From assembly GCF_003334355.1 (NCBI RefSeq), contig NZ_QOWP01000062.1: a stretch of 7,912 nt of DNA, one strand, 5' to 3'. This document shows positions 1 to 7,889 of this stretch, one piece after another (within the stretch, counting starts at the first letter, position 1; every line of letters begins with the position of its first letter). Below the pieces are notes generated by a model. The model saw only the letters and a program-made list of their open reading frames with translations. It was not told where the DNA came from and made no database searches. A program made the position numbers and the translations under genes. This DNA comes from Escherichia coli (GTDB lineage: Bacteria > Pseudomonadota > Gammaproteobacteria > Enterobacterales > Enterobacteriaceae).

Positions 1-1
1 G

Positions 2-508
2 GAAAAACGAGTATTTTTAGTCATCCTGTTTACCTCTTTCTCAGGGAGTTTAGTCTCCAGGATTTCCGGGGCGGTTCATCGCGCCGAAGTTTTTGATTTT
101 GCCAGTATTGAAGGTAATGAAGAGAACAACGTATGGCTATGCGATTGCGCTAAAGTCTACGGTCACGCGCAGGTGAAAGCTGGCATAGAAGAAGATGCCA
201 TTCCGACGATTCATTACAGTTCGCAGGTGGCGGAATATGCCATTGTGAAAGGTAATTGTGTGTTAAAACATCATGTCTTGATTGGCGGAAATGCCGTGGT
301 ACGTGGTGGACCGATTCTGCTCGACGAGCACGTTGTAATACAAGGTGAGAGCCGTATTACAGGTGCGGTGATAATTGAAAACCATGTGGAGTTAACCGAC
401 CACGCCGTCGTTGAAGCCTTTGATGGCGACACGGTTCATGTCCGTGGTCCAAAAGTCATTAACGGCGAGGAGCGCATTACGCGAACGCCGCTGGCAGGGT
501 TATTATGA
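2..508 (+). CDS. ydcK: YdcK-like hexapeptide-repeat (left-handed beta-helix) acyltransferase-family protein, C-terminal part; 5' end lies upstream of the window
   Basis: Reading frame (codons starting at positions 2,5,8...) is open from the window edge to TGA at 506-508. The GTG at 173 used by the ORF track is internal. The translation shows repeated [LIV]-G-x-x-x-x hexapeptide-like units ([35 protein letters not shown]). Position convergent to rimL matches the E. coli neighbourhood. Confidence 0.8.
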   Translation, partial: EKRVFLVILFTSFSGSLVSRISGAVHRAEVFDFASIEGNEENNVWLCDCAKVYGHAQVKAGIEEDAIPTIHYSSQVAEYAIVKGNCVLKHHVLIGGNAVVRGGPILLDEHVVIQGESRITGAVIIENHVELTDHAVVEAFDGDTVHVRGPKVINGEERITRTPLAGLL

Positions 509-1039
509 ATCGATAATACGCGCGTATAAGTTCACATCATCATAGGCATCATTCAGGAACTCAGCCTGTTTCAGGCAACCTTCAAGGATAAAACCATTGC
601 GCAAAGCGACCTGGTTGCTTTGCGGATTGTCCACCCGACATTTGATCACGAAGCGTCTAAGTTCACCAGACTGAGCGTAATGATGAATCAATGCCTGCAG
701 CGCCTGAGAAATGATCCCCTGCCCCTGATGAGATTCGTCCAGCCAGTAGCCGATTTCAGCAGTTTTATTCAGTGGTTCAATACGATTAAACGAGATAACG
801 CCGATAAGTTCATCTTCTTTGAAAATCATGAACATTTTGGCATAGCCGCGTTGATGCAACATCACATTACCCTGCACCGTTTTTCGCGTGTCCTCTTCAC
901 TCTGAACGAACTGCGGCCAGTTTAGCGACTGCTGTAACCAGGTTTTATTTTTACAAATTAACTGATAAAGAGGTGTGACGTGACTTTCCGCAACAGCATG
1001 TAATTCAAGTGATTCGCTTACTTTTATCGTTTCAGTCAT
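503..1039 (-). CDS. rimL: Ribosomal-protein L7/L12 serine N-acetyltransferase (GNAT family)
   Basis: The track ORF 503..1054 begins at a TTG. The internal ATG at 1037-1039 ([16 protein letters not shown]...) is preceded by a GGAG Shine-Dalgarno (actGGAGataagATG) and gives 178 aa matching my recollection of RimL. Stop TAA is at 503-505. Confidence 0.88.
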   Translation of the reverse strand: MTETIKVSESLELHAVAESHVTPLYQLICKNKTWLQQSLNWPQFVQSEEDTRKTVQGNVMLHQRGYAKMFMIFKEDELIGVISFNRIEPLNKTAEIGYWLDESHQGQGIISQALQALIHHYAQSGELRRFVIKCRVDNPQSNQVALRNGFILEGCLKQAEFLNDAYDDVNLYARIIDS

Positions 1040-1068
1040 CTTATCTCCAGTCAATCCATGCTGTTGTT

Positions 1069-1093
1069 AAAAAAGCCGCCTGGCTGGCGGCTT
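1069..1093 (-). terminator. Rho-independent terminator downstream of ydcH
   Basis: On the minus strand, GCCGCC-agcca-GGCGGC hairpin (plus 1075-1091) followed immediately by TTTTTT (complement of the A-run 1069-1074), about 10 nt after the ydcH stop. Confidence 0.6.
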
Positions 1094-1101
1094 AGGACAG
1101 T

Positions 1102-1326
1102 TTACACCTCTTTGACGCTCTCCTGCTGCAGGATTTTGAGCATCTCATCTTTTAACTGTAGCTTTTGTTTTTTCATGCGGACCACTTCCGCATTGTACCC
1201 TCGACCGTCGGAACCTTCCTTTCTGGCAATTTCATGATCAAGTTTATTGTGTTTATCGAACAAGGACATAAAGCGAGGATTTTCGTTTTTCAGACGGGAT
1301 ATTAAATCTCGGTATTCTGGAAACAT
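1102..1326 (-). CDS. ydcH: Small DUF465-family protein YdcH (74 aa)
   Basis: The track ORF starts at GTG 1330-1332. The ATG at 1324-1326 (MFPEYRDLISRLKNENPRF...) is preceded by GGAG with 5-nt spacing (cagGGAGtgcgtATG) and gives the 74-aa length I recall for YdcH. Stop TAA is at 1102-1104. Confidence 0.82.
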   Translation of the reverse strand: MFPEYRDLISRLKNENPRFMSLFDKHNKLDHEIARKEGSDGRGYNAEVVRMKKQKLQLKDEMLKILQQESVKEV

Positions 1327-1429
1327 ACGCACTCCCTGTTAGTGGCTGACAAGGTGTATCTGAAATACACACCATCAGATTACTCATTTAACTTAGGGAA
1401 AAATGCGAGCGGGATCGTGTTTAACCAGA

Positions 1430-1453
1430 CGGCACCTCCCGAAGAAGGTGCCG
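1430..1453 (-). other. Stable stem-loop immediately 3' of opgD, UUCG-type loop in the minus-strand RNA, no U-tract after it
   Basis: Plus-strand cGGCACCT(1430-1437)/AGGTGCCg(1446-1453) form an 8-bp stem. In the minus-strand transcript the loop is UCUUCGGG, which can close further into C(UUCG)G. It lies 13 nt after the opgD stop; a U-run precedes rather than follows the hairpin, so it is not a canonical intrinsic terminator. Confidence 0.35.
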
Positions 1454-1465
1454 AAGAAAAAACAA

Positions 1466-3121
1466 TTAACTCATCACGCGGTCGTCAACATACTGACGTT
1501 TATCCGGCGCTGGCGGGAAATACTGATACAGCCATGTTTCACTGATAGCGTCCCCCTGACAACGCAGATACATCCGCATATCGACCGGATCAGTGGAGTC
1601 CGACGTCGGATACCAGTCAAACTGAATACGATAACCATCAATGGGTTCAATATAGAGAATTTCGATTTGCTTCGCTTCCCCACTGGAAAGCGTAATCACC
1701 GGCTCAATGCCTTTTGGTGCGGCAGCTTTCAGATCACCACCAACGAAATCGACGGCAAAACGACGCGCCCATTTTTCGGGATAGTGTTCACCTGGCGCCC
1801 AACCTTCCGGGAAACCGCCCATGCCGGTACGCGTCGCCATAACGCGCGCTAATGGGCAATGAACAGGCGGTTGCGCACTCCAGTACAGACGATACTGGAA
1901 TGCAAACTCATCACCCGCTTTTACAGCTTTTTCTGGCTGCCAGAAGCAGACAATGTTATCCAGCGTTTCGCCCGTTGTTGGGATTTCCATCAGGCCGATG
2001 GTGCCCTTACCCCACTTGTTACGCGGTTCCACCCACAGACTTGGGCGTTTGTTATACCAGCCCATAATGTCCTGGTAATGGGAGAAGTCACGATCCAGTT
2101 GCAATAAACCAAACCCTTTCGGATTGTTGTCGGTGTAAGCATTGAACTGCAATTTTTGCGGATTATTCAGCGGACGGCAAATCCACTCGCCGTTGCCCCG
2201 CCACATGGACAGACGATCAGAGTCATGAATTTGCGGATGAATGGTGTCGCACATCCGACGTTCATTAGTACCGCAGCTGAACATACTGGTCATCGGCGCA
2301 ATGCCCAGCTGTTTAATGTCTTTGCGCGCATACAGGTGATTTTCCACATCCATAATCACCTGACTTTTCTCACAATGGATAGTGAACTTATAGGCACCAG
2401 TAATGCTGGCGCTATCGAGCAACGCATAAACGGTAAAGGTAGTTGCCCCCGGTTTTACCGTATCAAACCAGAAGGCGGTAAAGTCGGGGAACTCTTCTTT
2501 ACTGTCGGTGTAAGTGTCGATCGCCAGGCCGCGGGCCGACAAACCGTATTGATATGTATCATCAACGGCGCGGAAATAACTCGCGCCGAGAAATGATACT
2601 ACATCACGGCGCGCCAGTTCGGGGGCTTTAAACACGCGAAAACCGGCAAAGCCGAGATCGCTTTGCCCTTCTAATTGTTTGGTATCAACACCTGCATCGT
2701 TGTATTTGAACAACTCCGGGCGAAAGTGAATTTCACGCGCCAGATGTGTTGCTGGATCTACAGAAAACATACGAACGCGGCGACGGAATCCCATTCCCAT
2801 ATGGAAGAACTGAGCGTCCAGTTGACGGTTCTCAACGTTATGCCAGAGCGATTTTTCGGCGTCGTATTGAATACTGTTATAAGCCTGCGGCGTCATTGTC
2901 GCCAGCGTGTCAGGTAACGGACGAGGCGCACCACGCCACGCTGTTTGCGCTAAGTCGTGCGCCATTGACTGTAGAATGGAGAAGTCAAAACGCTGGGTTT
3001 GCCCGTCGGCAATATCAGAATCTGCCGCGAATGCCGCCTGAGAAAAAAGAGAAGCAATGCCGCTGGTACCGCACACGGCGGCCATAGCCATTGAACCTTT
3101 AATAAATCGTCTACGATCCAT
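1466..3121 (-). CDS. opgD: Glucans biosynthesis protein D (periplasmic, Tat-exported; osmoregulated periplasmic glucan backbone-length control)
   Basis: 551-aa ORF starting at ATG (rc of 3119-3121). N-terminus [35 protein letters not shown] has a twin-arginine motif (RRxFIK) and an AxA cleavage site. Length and sequence match my recollection of E. coli OpgD/MdoD. Confidence 0.93.
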   Translation of the reverse strand: MDRRRFIKGSMAMAAVCGTSGIASLFSQAAFAADSDIADGQTQRFDFSILQSMAHDLAQTAWRGAPRPLPDTLATMTPQAYNSIQYDAEKSLWHNVENRQLDAQFFHMGMGFRRRVRMFSVDPATHLAREIHFRPELFKYNDAGVDTKQLEGQSDLGFAGFRVFKAPELARRDVVSFLGASYFRAVDDTYQYGLSARGLAIDTYTDSKEEFPDFTAFWFDTVKPGATTFTVYALLDSASITGAYKFTIHCEKSQVIMDVENHLYARKDIKQLGIAPMTSMFSCGTNERRMCDTIHPQIHDSDRLSMWRGNGEWICRPLNNPQKLQFNAYTDNNPKGFGLLQLDRDFSHYQDIMGWYNKRPSLWVEPRNKWGKGTIGLMEIPTTGETLDNIVCFWQPEKAVKAGDEFAFQYRLYWSAQPPVHCPLARVMATRTGMGGFPEGWAPGEHYPEKWARRFAVDFVGGDLKAAAPKGIEPVITLSSGEAKQIEILYIEPIDGYRIQFDWYPTSDSTDPVDMRMYLRCQGDAISETWLYQYFPPAPDKRQYVDDRVMS

Positions 3122-3139
3122 ACCTGAAAGTGAGTCCTT

Positions 3140-3250
3140 CTGGTGTTGTGAATGGTCCCGCGCTGGTCGTTTTCAGCGGCAAGAAAGTGCTTATTTATGA
3201 CCGCTCACTCTAGACAATATTTATTAATAATCCAATTGTTGAACTGAGAG
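3140..3250 (-). promoter_or_regulatory. Probable opgD promoter region (AT-rich)
   Basis: Minus-strand sequence upstream of the opgD ATG contains TTGGAT-17 nt-TAGAGT and an overlapping TCATAAAT -10-like element inside a very AT-rich tract (aacaattggattattaataaatattg). No experimental anchor; the exact elements are uncertain. Confidence 0.3.
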
Positions 3251-3291
3251 AATATGCATAAATCGGCATTTTTTTTATGTCGATGGGATGA

Positions 3292-3316
3292 GCCTGATTC
3301 GTTTGTAAAATCAGGC
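3292..3316. other. Stem-loop 30 nt downstream of the ydcJ stop
   Basis: GCCTGATT(3292-3299)/AATCAGGC(3309-3316) 8-bp stem with a 9-nt loop. On the plus strand it is followed by aaaTTTTT; on the minus (ydcJ) strand no U-tract follows. Candidate transcript-end structure, orientation ambiguous. Confidence 0.3.
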
Positions 3317-3345
3317 AAATTTTTGCAAAGGCGGATGGTCAGAAT

Positions 3346-4689
3346 TTAAAGCAAACCACAGCGACGTTTACTGCGTTCTTCCGCTTCCTGATAAAGCTGG
3401 AACTCATCCAAAACCGGACAACCCAACGCCTGCTCAAATGCTTCGCGACTGGCATTACCGTGATTGCGTGCCTGCGTTTCATTACCCAGATTTGACTGGA
3501 AGATCCCCGCCGCGCTAACGGGCAAGAAATCTTCATAGGTAATGGGTTGCGCCGCGACCCAACCACGTTCAATTAAGGGCTGTGGATCGTCTCCGGGATG
3601 AATCGCCTGACGATGCGCCTCACCCGAAGGCGTCAGACGGTACCGGAACCATGCCAGCCCTTGCTGACGCATTAAAAACTCACTGTCAGGAAAAGTGCGG
3701 AAGGTTTCCTGTAAATGCATTTGGTGAGTGAGATTATCCTGCCCGGTTCCAGCGTTACGCAGAAGATCATCATACAGTTGTCGCCCTTTCGGCGTTAATG
3801 CCACGCCACGCTGCTCAATTTCACCAAAGCGCGCAGTATGCGTGCCCTGTTTCTGCCCCGCAAACAACACCGTCTCTTCCAGTGCTTTAAAGCTGGTCTG
3901 GCGTAGTAAAATCGGTACCTCGCGGCGCGGCGGCCCTTCGATCAGAATTTTTGGTTCAATTCCGCATTCAGGCATCATCGACTGCACCCGGTCAATATCC
4001 AGCGTACGTGGCGTCAGATGGTTGATATGGCATCCAGGAAAACAGACCACATCAGCAATCAACCGATGTTCGTTGTGCAAGGCGCGATAGGTTTCTTCAT
4101 CTACCGTTGCTGACTGGTGCCAGCGAAACGTTTCCAGGGCTTCCTGCACAAACTCCTGTGCCTGTGTTTCGTTAAAACCGCCCCGCTGCTCATATTCCTC
4201 TAACAGTAGTCGACAACGTGGGGTGAAGATATCGCGCTGACGTAGAATCTCCGCCGCTTTCTGGCGCAAAATTTCGTTCTCGATAAGCTCAAGGCGGAGT
4301 AACGAGGTAAAAACGCGGAAGGGATTACGCGCCAGAGAAGCATCATCAATGGGCCGAAATGCTGTCGAATGTACCGGCACCCCCGCCTGCGAGAGATCGT
4401 AATAGCTCACCGGGTACATCCCCATAATGGCAAACATCCGCCGAAGAGTAGCAAGCTCTTGTGCAGTCCCAACGCGAATCGCCCCATGACGTTCAACATT
4501 CAGTCGCGCCAGCTCGTCTGCATTTACCATTTTTTCGTGCAGTTGAGGATTGTTTTCCAGCACAGCCAGATTCACATCAGCTACCAGTTCCAGCAGCGTG
4601 CCGTACTGCGGAACTTCTTGCTGGTACATGGCTGACATTGCCTGCGAAAACTGTTCCCGAATCTCATCCGCCGTGATGCTGTTCGCCAT
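3346..4689 (-). CDS. ydcJ: DUF1338-family metalloprotein YdcJ (family includes HglS-type 2-oxoadipate dioxygenase/decarboxylase)
   Basis: 447-aa ORF with ATG start (rc of 4687-4689) preceded by a GGAGG Shine-Dalgarno 8 nt upstream. Stop TAA at 3346-3348. Sequence MANSITADEIREQF... matches my recollection of E. coli YdcJ. The enzymatic assignment is by family membership only. Confidence 0.88.
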   Translation of the reverse strand: MANSITADEIREQFSQAMSAMYQQEVPQYGTLLELVADVNLAVLENNPQLHEKMVNADELARLNVERHGAIRVGTAQELATLRRMFAIMGMYPVSYYDLSQAGVPVHSTAFRPIDDASLARNPFRVFTSLLRLELIENEILRQKAAEILRQRDIFTPRCRLLLEEYEQRGGFNETQAQEFVQEALETFRWHQSATVDEETYRALHNEHRLIADVVCFPGCHINHLTPRTLDIDRVQSMMPECGIEPKILIEGPPRREVPILLRQTSFKALEETVLFAGQKQGTHTARFGEIEQRGVALTPKGRQLYDDLLRNAGTGQDNLTHQMHLQETFRTFPDSEFLMRQQGLAWFRYRLTPSGEAHRQAIHPGDDPQPLIERGWVAAQPITYEDFLPVSAAGIFQSNLGNETQARNHGNASREAFEQALGCPVLDEFQLYQEAEERSKRRCGLL

Positions 4690-4905
4690 ATTGTCTGCCT
4701 CCAGTGGTCAGTAATCTGGAGTGTAGGTAACCGCATTCACTCTGGCGGGAAGAATTTACAAACTGTGATCTCGCCGCGAAAACATCAATATTATCCATTT
4801 TGCTGTAACATGATTGCTTTAATTGTTAATAATATTTTGCAATCAAGTTATCATAATCAAACAACTTCACTTGTCAGCGACACCGCTTCGTTTTTAACAT
4901 CGCTT
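4690..4905. promoter_or_regulatory. Divergent ydcJ/ydcI intergenic control region with AT-rich core and an imperfect palindrome
   Basis: 216-nt gap between divergent starts. Strongly AT-rich 4800-4860. ATTGTTAATAAT (4822-4833) is a 10/12 palindrome of the T-N11-A type expected for LysR-type regulator binding. Several weak -10-like hexamers (TAATAA/TAATAT 4827-4835). Confidence 0.4.
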
Positions 4906-5829
4906 ATGGAAAAAAATAGTCTGTTTAGTCAGCGCATCCGTTTGCGCCACCTTCATACATTCGTAGCTGTCGCACAACAAGGAACTTTGGGGCGCGCGGC
5001 TGAAACCCTTAATTTGAGTCAACCTGCGCTCTCTAAGACATTGAATGAACTGGAGCAGCTGACTGGCGCTCGCTTGTTTGAGCGTGGTCGTCAGGGGGCG
5101 CAACTTACCTTACCCGGCGAACAATTTTTAACGCATGCAGTCAGAGTTCTTGACGCCATCAACACTGCCGGACGGTCGCTTCATCGTAAAGAAGGTCTTA
5201 ATAATGATGTCGTCAGGGTTGGTGCACTACCTACTGCGGCACTGGGGATATTACCTTCGGTTATAGGTCAGTTTCATCAGCAACAAAAAGAGACGACCTT
5301 GCAAGTTGCGACAATGAGTAACCCTATGATTCTGGCGGGTTTAAAAACCGGGGAAATCGATATCGGCATTGGTCGGATGTCAGATCCTGAACTGATGACC
5401 GGGCTTAATTACGAACTGCTGTTTCTTGAATCGTTGAAGCTGGTTGTCCGCCCTAATCACCCGCTACTTCAGGAGAACGTAACGCTAAGCCGGGTGCTGG
5501 AATGGCCGGTCGTTGTATCACCAGAAGGCACTGCGCCACGCCAGCATTCAGATGCATTAGTGCAGAGCCAGGGCTGTAAAATTCCTTCGGGTTGTATCGA
5601 AACGCTGTCTGCTTCGCTATCTCGTCAACTTACGGTTGAATACGATTACGTGTGGTTTGTCCCTTCTGGCGCTGTAAAAGACGACCTGCGTCATGCCACG
5701 CTGGTGGCCCTGCCTGTTCCGGGACATGGTGCAGGCGAACCGATTGGAATACTGACCCGCGTAGATGCGACGTTCTCTTCTGGTTGCCAGTTGATGATTA
5801 ACGCTATTCGAAAATCAATGCCGTTCTGA
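4906..5829 (+). CDS. ydcI: LysR-type transcriptional regulator YdcI (307 aa)
   Basis: Although the frame is open from 4765, the ATG at 4906 (MEKNSLFSQRIRLRHLHTFVAVAQQGTLGRAAETLNLSQPALSKTL...) puts the helix-turn-helix at the extreme N-terminus as in LysR-type regulators and gives the 307-aa length I recall. Stop TGA at 5827-5829. Confidence 0.88.
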   Translation: MEKNSLFSQRIRLRHLHTFVAVAQQGTLGRAAETLNLSQPALSKTLNELEQLTGARLFERGRQGAQLTLPGEQFLTHAVRVLDAINTAGRSLHRKEGLNNDVVRVGALPTAALGILPSVIGQFHQQQKETTLQVATMSNPMILAGLKTGEIDIGIGRMSDPELMTGLNYELLFLESLKLVVRPNHPLLQENVTLSRVLEWPVVVSPEGTAPRQHSDALVQSQGCKIPSGCIETLSASLSRQLTVEYDYVWFVPSGAVKDDLRHATLVALPVPGHGAGEPIGILTRVDATFSSGCQLMINAIRKSMPF

Positions 5830-5836
5830 AAGGTGA

Positions 5837-5854
5837 AGGGATCTGTCGATCCCT
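5837..5854. terminator. GC-rich hairpin in the 37-nt gap between convergent ydcI and trg (probable bidirectional terminator)
   Basis: AGGGATC(5837-5843)-tgtc-GATCCCT(5848-5854) is a perfect 7-bp stem. Followed by cattTTC... on plus and cacCTTTC on minus; both U-tracts are short. Confidence 0.45.
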
Positions 5855-5866
5855 CCTTGAACATTT

Positions 5867-7507
5867 TCACACCGTAGCGAAACTAACTGGTTCACCCGCT
5901 CCGCGAGGTTCTGCCGACACAGAATGTTTGTGCAGACGGAATACATCCACCGCCTCAGTTAATCGTGCCGCCTGTTCTTCAAGGGACACCGCCGCCGCTG
6001 AGGCCTCTTCTACCAGAGAAGCATTCTGTTGCGTCACCTTATCCATTTCAGAAATCGCCTGGCTAACCTGCGTTATGCCTCTACTTTGTTCATCCGAGGC
6101 GGCGGCGATTTCCTGCATGATATGTGTGACACTCGCGACGGCATCAACAATAGTGCTCATGGTTTTCCCGGCCGTTGCCACCTCATCCGACCCCAGGTCA
6201 ATTAACCTGACTGATTCACTGATCAAGCCTTCAATCTCTTTCGCCGCCTGAGCGCTGCGACTTGCGAGTGTCCGTACTTCGCTGGCGACAACGGCAAATC
6301 CACGCCCTTGCTCACCCGCTCGCGCGGCTTCAACGGCAGCATTCAGTGCCAGAATATTCGTCTGGAAAGCAATACTGTTGATGACGGCGGTGATCTCAGA
6401 AATTTTCTTCGAACTCGTGGAGATAGCGCCCATCGTTTTTACTACACCGGAAACCGTCTGCCCGCCATCGCTGGCTTTAATAGAAGCCTCTTGCGCCAGT
6501 TTGCTGGCATGATGCGCGTTATCCGCATTCTGTTTCACCGTCGCAGTGAGTTGCTCCATGCTGGCGGCAGTTTGTTCGATAGCCGCCGCTTATTCTTCGG
6601 TGCGAGATGACAGGTCCGCATTGCCAGCTGAAATTTCGCTGGTGCCACGATAAATCTCTTCCGCGCCCTGTCGAACAGTCCCTACTGTCATCCCCAGTGA
6701 ATGCTGCATTTGCTGTAAATGACGACTTAAGCGACCGATTTCATTACGACCCGCCGGTTCATCATTCATCGTCAGATCGCCACTGGCGATTTTTTCAATC
6801 CGTTGTGCGGCATGTTGCAGTGGACGAATGACGATCCGACGTAGCACCATAAATGTTATCAGCGTCATGACCAGGGCAAGCACAAACGCGCCAATCATGA
6901 ACATCCCACCCAGGCGGGTGCGCTGATGGGCCAGTTCCGCCAGTTGGTTGGCTCTGGTGCTACGTATCTTAACGGCTTTGTTCAAAATATCGGTATAAGC
7001 ATTATCCAGCGGTCGGATCTGCTCACTTTCATGATTGATAATCGCTTCAAACATGCCATTTTTGGCATATTTCAACATAGGTTGCATACCCGTGATATAA
7101 GCCTGAAAGCGTTGATTTAATTCAGTGTCGAGGGCTTCATCAGCAGGTGTTTTCACCGGTCGATTCTGATAAGCACGATAACCTTGCTGCGACTGTTTAA
7201 TCTCCGATTCGGCTTGCGCAATATTTCGCTTCATTGCTTCCATTTCCGCAATACGACTCGCAGCCCCGGCCTGAATCATATTGATCCGGGCTGAACGCAA
7301 AAAATCTGAACTGTTCGCTAACCCGGTCCGAATCTCAATCTCCGCAGTAACATCACGCTGATCGCGATCGGCCTGCCAGAGGAAATAGCCAGCCAGAGCA
7401 GAACTTAATGCGAATAGAACTAAGATACCGCCAAGAATGCAGGCAAATAACGGAACCAGCCTGATGTGATGCAAAAAACCTAATCGATGTGAGGGAGTTG
7501 TATTCAT
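5867..7507 (-). pseudogene. trg: Methyl-accepting chemotaxis protein III (ribose/galactose chemoreceptor) with an in-frame premature TAA at codon 306
   Basis: Track ORFs 6590..7507 (305 aa, MNTTPSHRLGF...) and 5867..6559 (230 aa) are in the same frame. The first ends SSRTEE-TAA (plus 6590-6592); the 10 intervening codons read [10 protein letters not shown], then [15 protein letters not shown]... continues into the conserved signalling domain. 305 + 1 + 10 + 230 = 546 codons, the full length I recall for Trg. Confidence 0.8.
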
Positions 7508-7546
7508 TACCGTTGTCTCTCGTCCAGGTTTACTCCTGATAGAAAG

Positions 7547-7573
7547 TCATCGGCACTTGACGGTAATTACTTA
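7547..7573 (-). promoter_or_regulatory. Candidate sigma28 (FliA) promoter for trg
   Basis: Minus-strand GCCGATGA (plus 7547-7554) matches the sigma28 -10 consensus GCCGATAA at 7/8 and lies about 40 nt upstream of the trg ATG. An 11-nt spacer separates it from TAAGTAAT (plus 7566-7573), a 4/8 match to TAAAGTTT. trg is a known flagellar class 3 gene. Confidence 0.4.
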
Positions 7574-7724
7574 TGACCAAAAACCTCTTTGCGTCACATT
7601 TTTACAACAATTATTGCAAAGAAAATTAATGCTATTGGAATGAAGAGAGTAACGAATGGCTAAACTGGCTAACCCGAATGACGAAAAATTCTGGAAAACA
7701 GCACGCAATTTCGTGAAGTGATTA

Positions 7725-7753
7725 TTTTCGTCCCTAAGGAAACCTCATAGGAT
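7725..7753 (+). promoter_or_regulatory. Possible promoter for the hok-type toxin mRNA (hokB/mokB transcript)
   Basis: TTTTCG-17 nt-TAGGAT (weak) placed just upstream of a sequence (from about 7758: GGGUGCCUGAGACUUUCUGUUUUCAGGC) that resembles, from memory, the 5' end of plasmid R1 hok mRNA. That 5' region forms an 8-bp hairpin (7764-7771/7780-7787). Confidence 0.25.
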
Positions 7754-7799
7754 GCCTGCGGGTGCCTGAGACTTTCTGTTTTCAGGCTAACCGGGAATC

Positions 7800-7853
7800 A
7801 GAAAGACGAAGGCCCCGACCGATATTTCTATCAACTGTACTGCACCCATTTTG
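7800..7853 (-). ncRNA. sokB: Putative Sok-type antisense RNA (sokB-like); ends approximate
   Basis: Transcript predicted from the strong minus-strand promoter at 7861-7889. It is antisense to the toxin mRNA leader just upstream of the putative mokB start. The complementary plus-strand leader (CAGAAAGACGAAGGCCCCG) resembles the R1 hok leader I recall. The 3' end is not defined by a clear terminator. Confidence 0.4.
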
Positions 7854-7860
7854 TTGGACG

Positions 7861-7889
7861 ATGAAATGGAATAGCCCCTAATATGTCAA
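7861..7889 (-). promoter_or_regulatory. Near-consensus sigma70 promoter on the minus strand (antisense/Sok promoter)
   Basis: Minus strand reads TTGACA (plus 7884-7889), a 17-nt spacer, then TTTCAT (plus 7861-7866). The -35 is a perfect consensus, the spacing is optimal and the -10 is 4/6. The -35 overlaps the plus-strand ATG at 7883. Confidence 0.5.

Noticed and set aside
1040-1054. TTG start for rimL at 1054 and GTG start for ydcH at 1332 (ORF-track starts)
   Set aside because: Internal ATGs at 1039 and 1326 each have a properly spaced GGAG Shine-Dalgarno and give the expected protein lengths.
620-3087. Antisense or alternative-frame ORFs from the track (620..925, 1342..1545, 1403..1852, 1474..1683, 1852..2067, 1859..2107, 2156..2596, 2675..2917, 2746..3087)
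   Set aside because: All lie inside or opposite the well-supported rimL, ydcH and opgD genes, lack start-site signals, and have no recognisable protein features. They look like by-products of open frames opposite real genes.
3249-3275. Possible plus-strand intrinsic terminator (ATGC...GCAT followed by T8)
   Set aside because: The stem is only 4 bp, too weak for a credible terminator. The T8 run is more simply part of the AT-rich opgD promoter region on the other strand.
4765-4905. Longer ydcI start at ATG 4765 (354 aa) as given by the ORF track
   Set aside because: The extension MISPRKHQYYPFCCNMIALIVNN... is encoded by the AT-rich promoter region and would displace the LysR helix-turn-helix from the N-terminus. 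The ATG at 4906 gives the canonical architecture and the expected 307 aa.
3339-7120. Antisense or alternative-frame ORFs (3339..3572, 3728..4090, 4369..4635, 4461..4676, 4894..5103, 5928..6251, 6308..6610, 6607..6831, 6926..7120)
   Set aside because: Embedded opposite or within ydcJ, ydcI and trg. No Shine-Dalgarno or promoter support, and the translations are low-complexity or Arg/Cys/His-rich, as expected for non-coding frames.
5867-7507. Reading the two trg ORFs as two separate genes (a sensor protein plus a soluble signalling protein)
   Set aside because: They are in the same frame, separated by one stop codon and 10 sense codons that continue the receptor sequence, and the second ORF has no Shine-Dalgarno. 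A single nonsense-interrupted gene is the simpler reading.
7573-7629. Plus-strand 18-aa ORF MTKNLFASHFYNNYCKEN
   Set aside because: No Shine-Dalgarno, and it overlaps the candidate trg sigma28 promoter on the other strand. No supporting features.
7787-7849. Minus-strand 20-aa hydrophobic ORF MGAVQLIEISVGAFVFLIPG
   Set aside because: It lies entirely within the predicted Sok-type antisense RNA, has no Shine-Dalgarno, and an in-frame stop lies just upstream. More likely part of the regulatory RNA than a peptide, though a small membrane peptide cannot be fully excluded.
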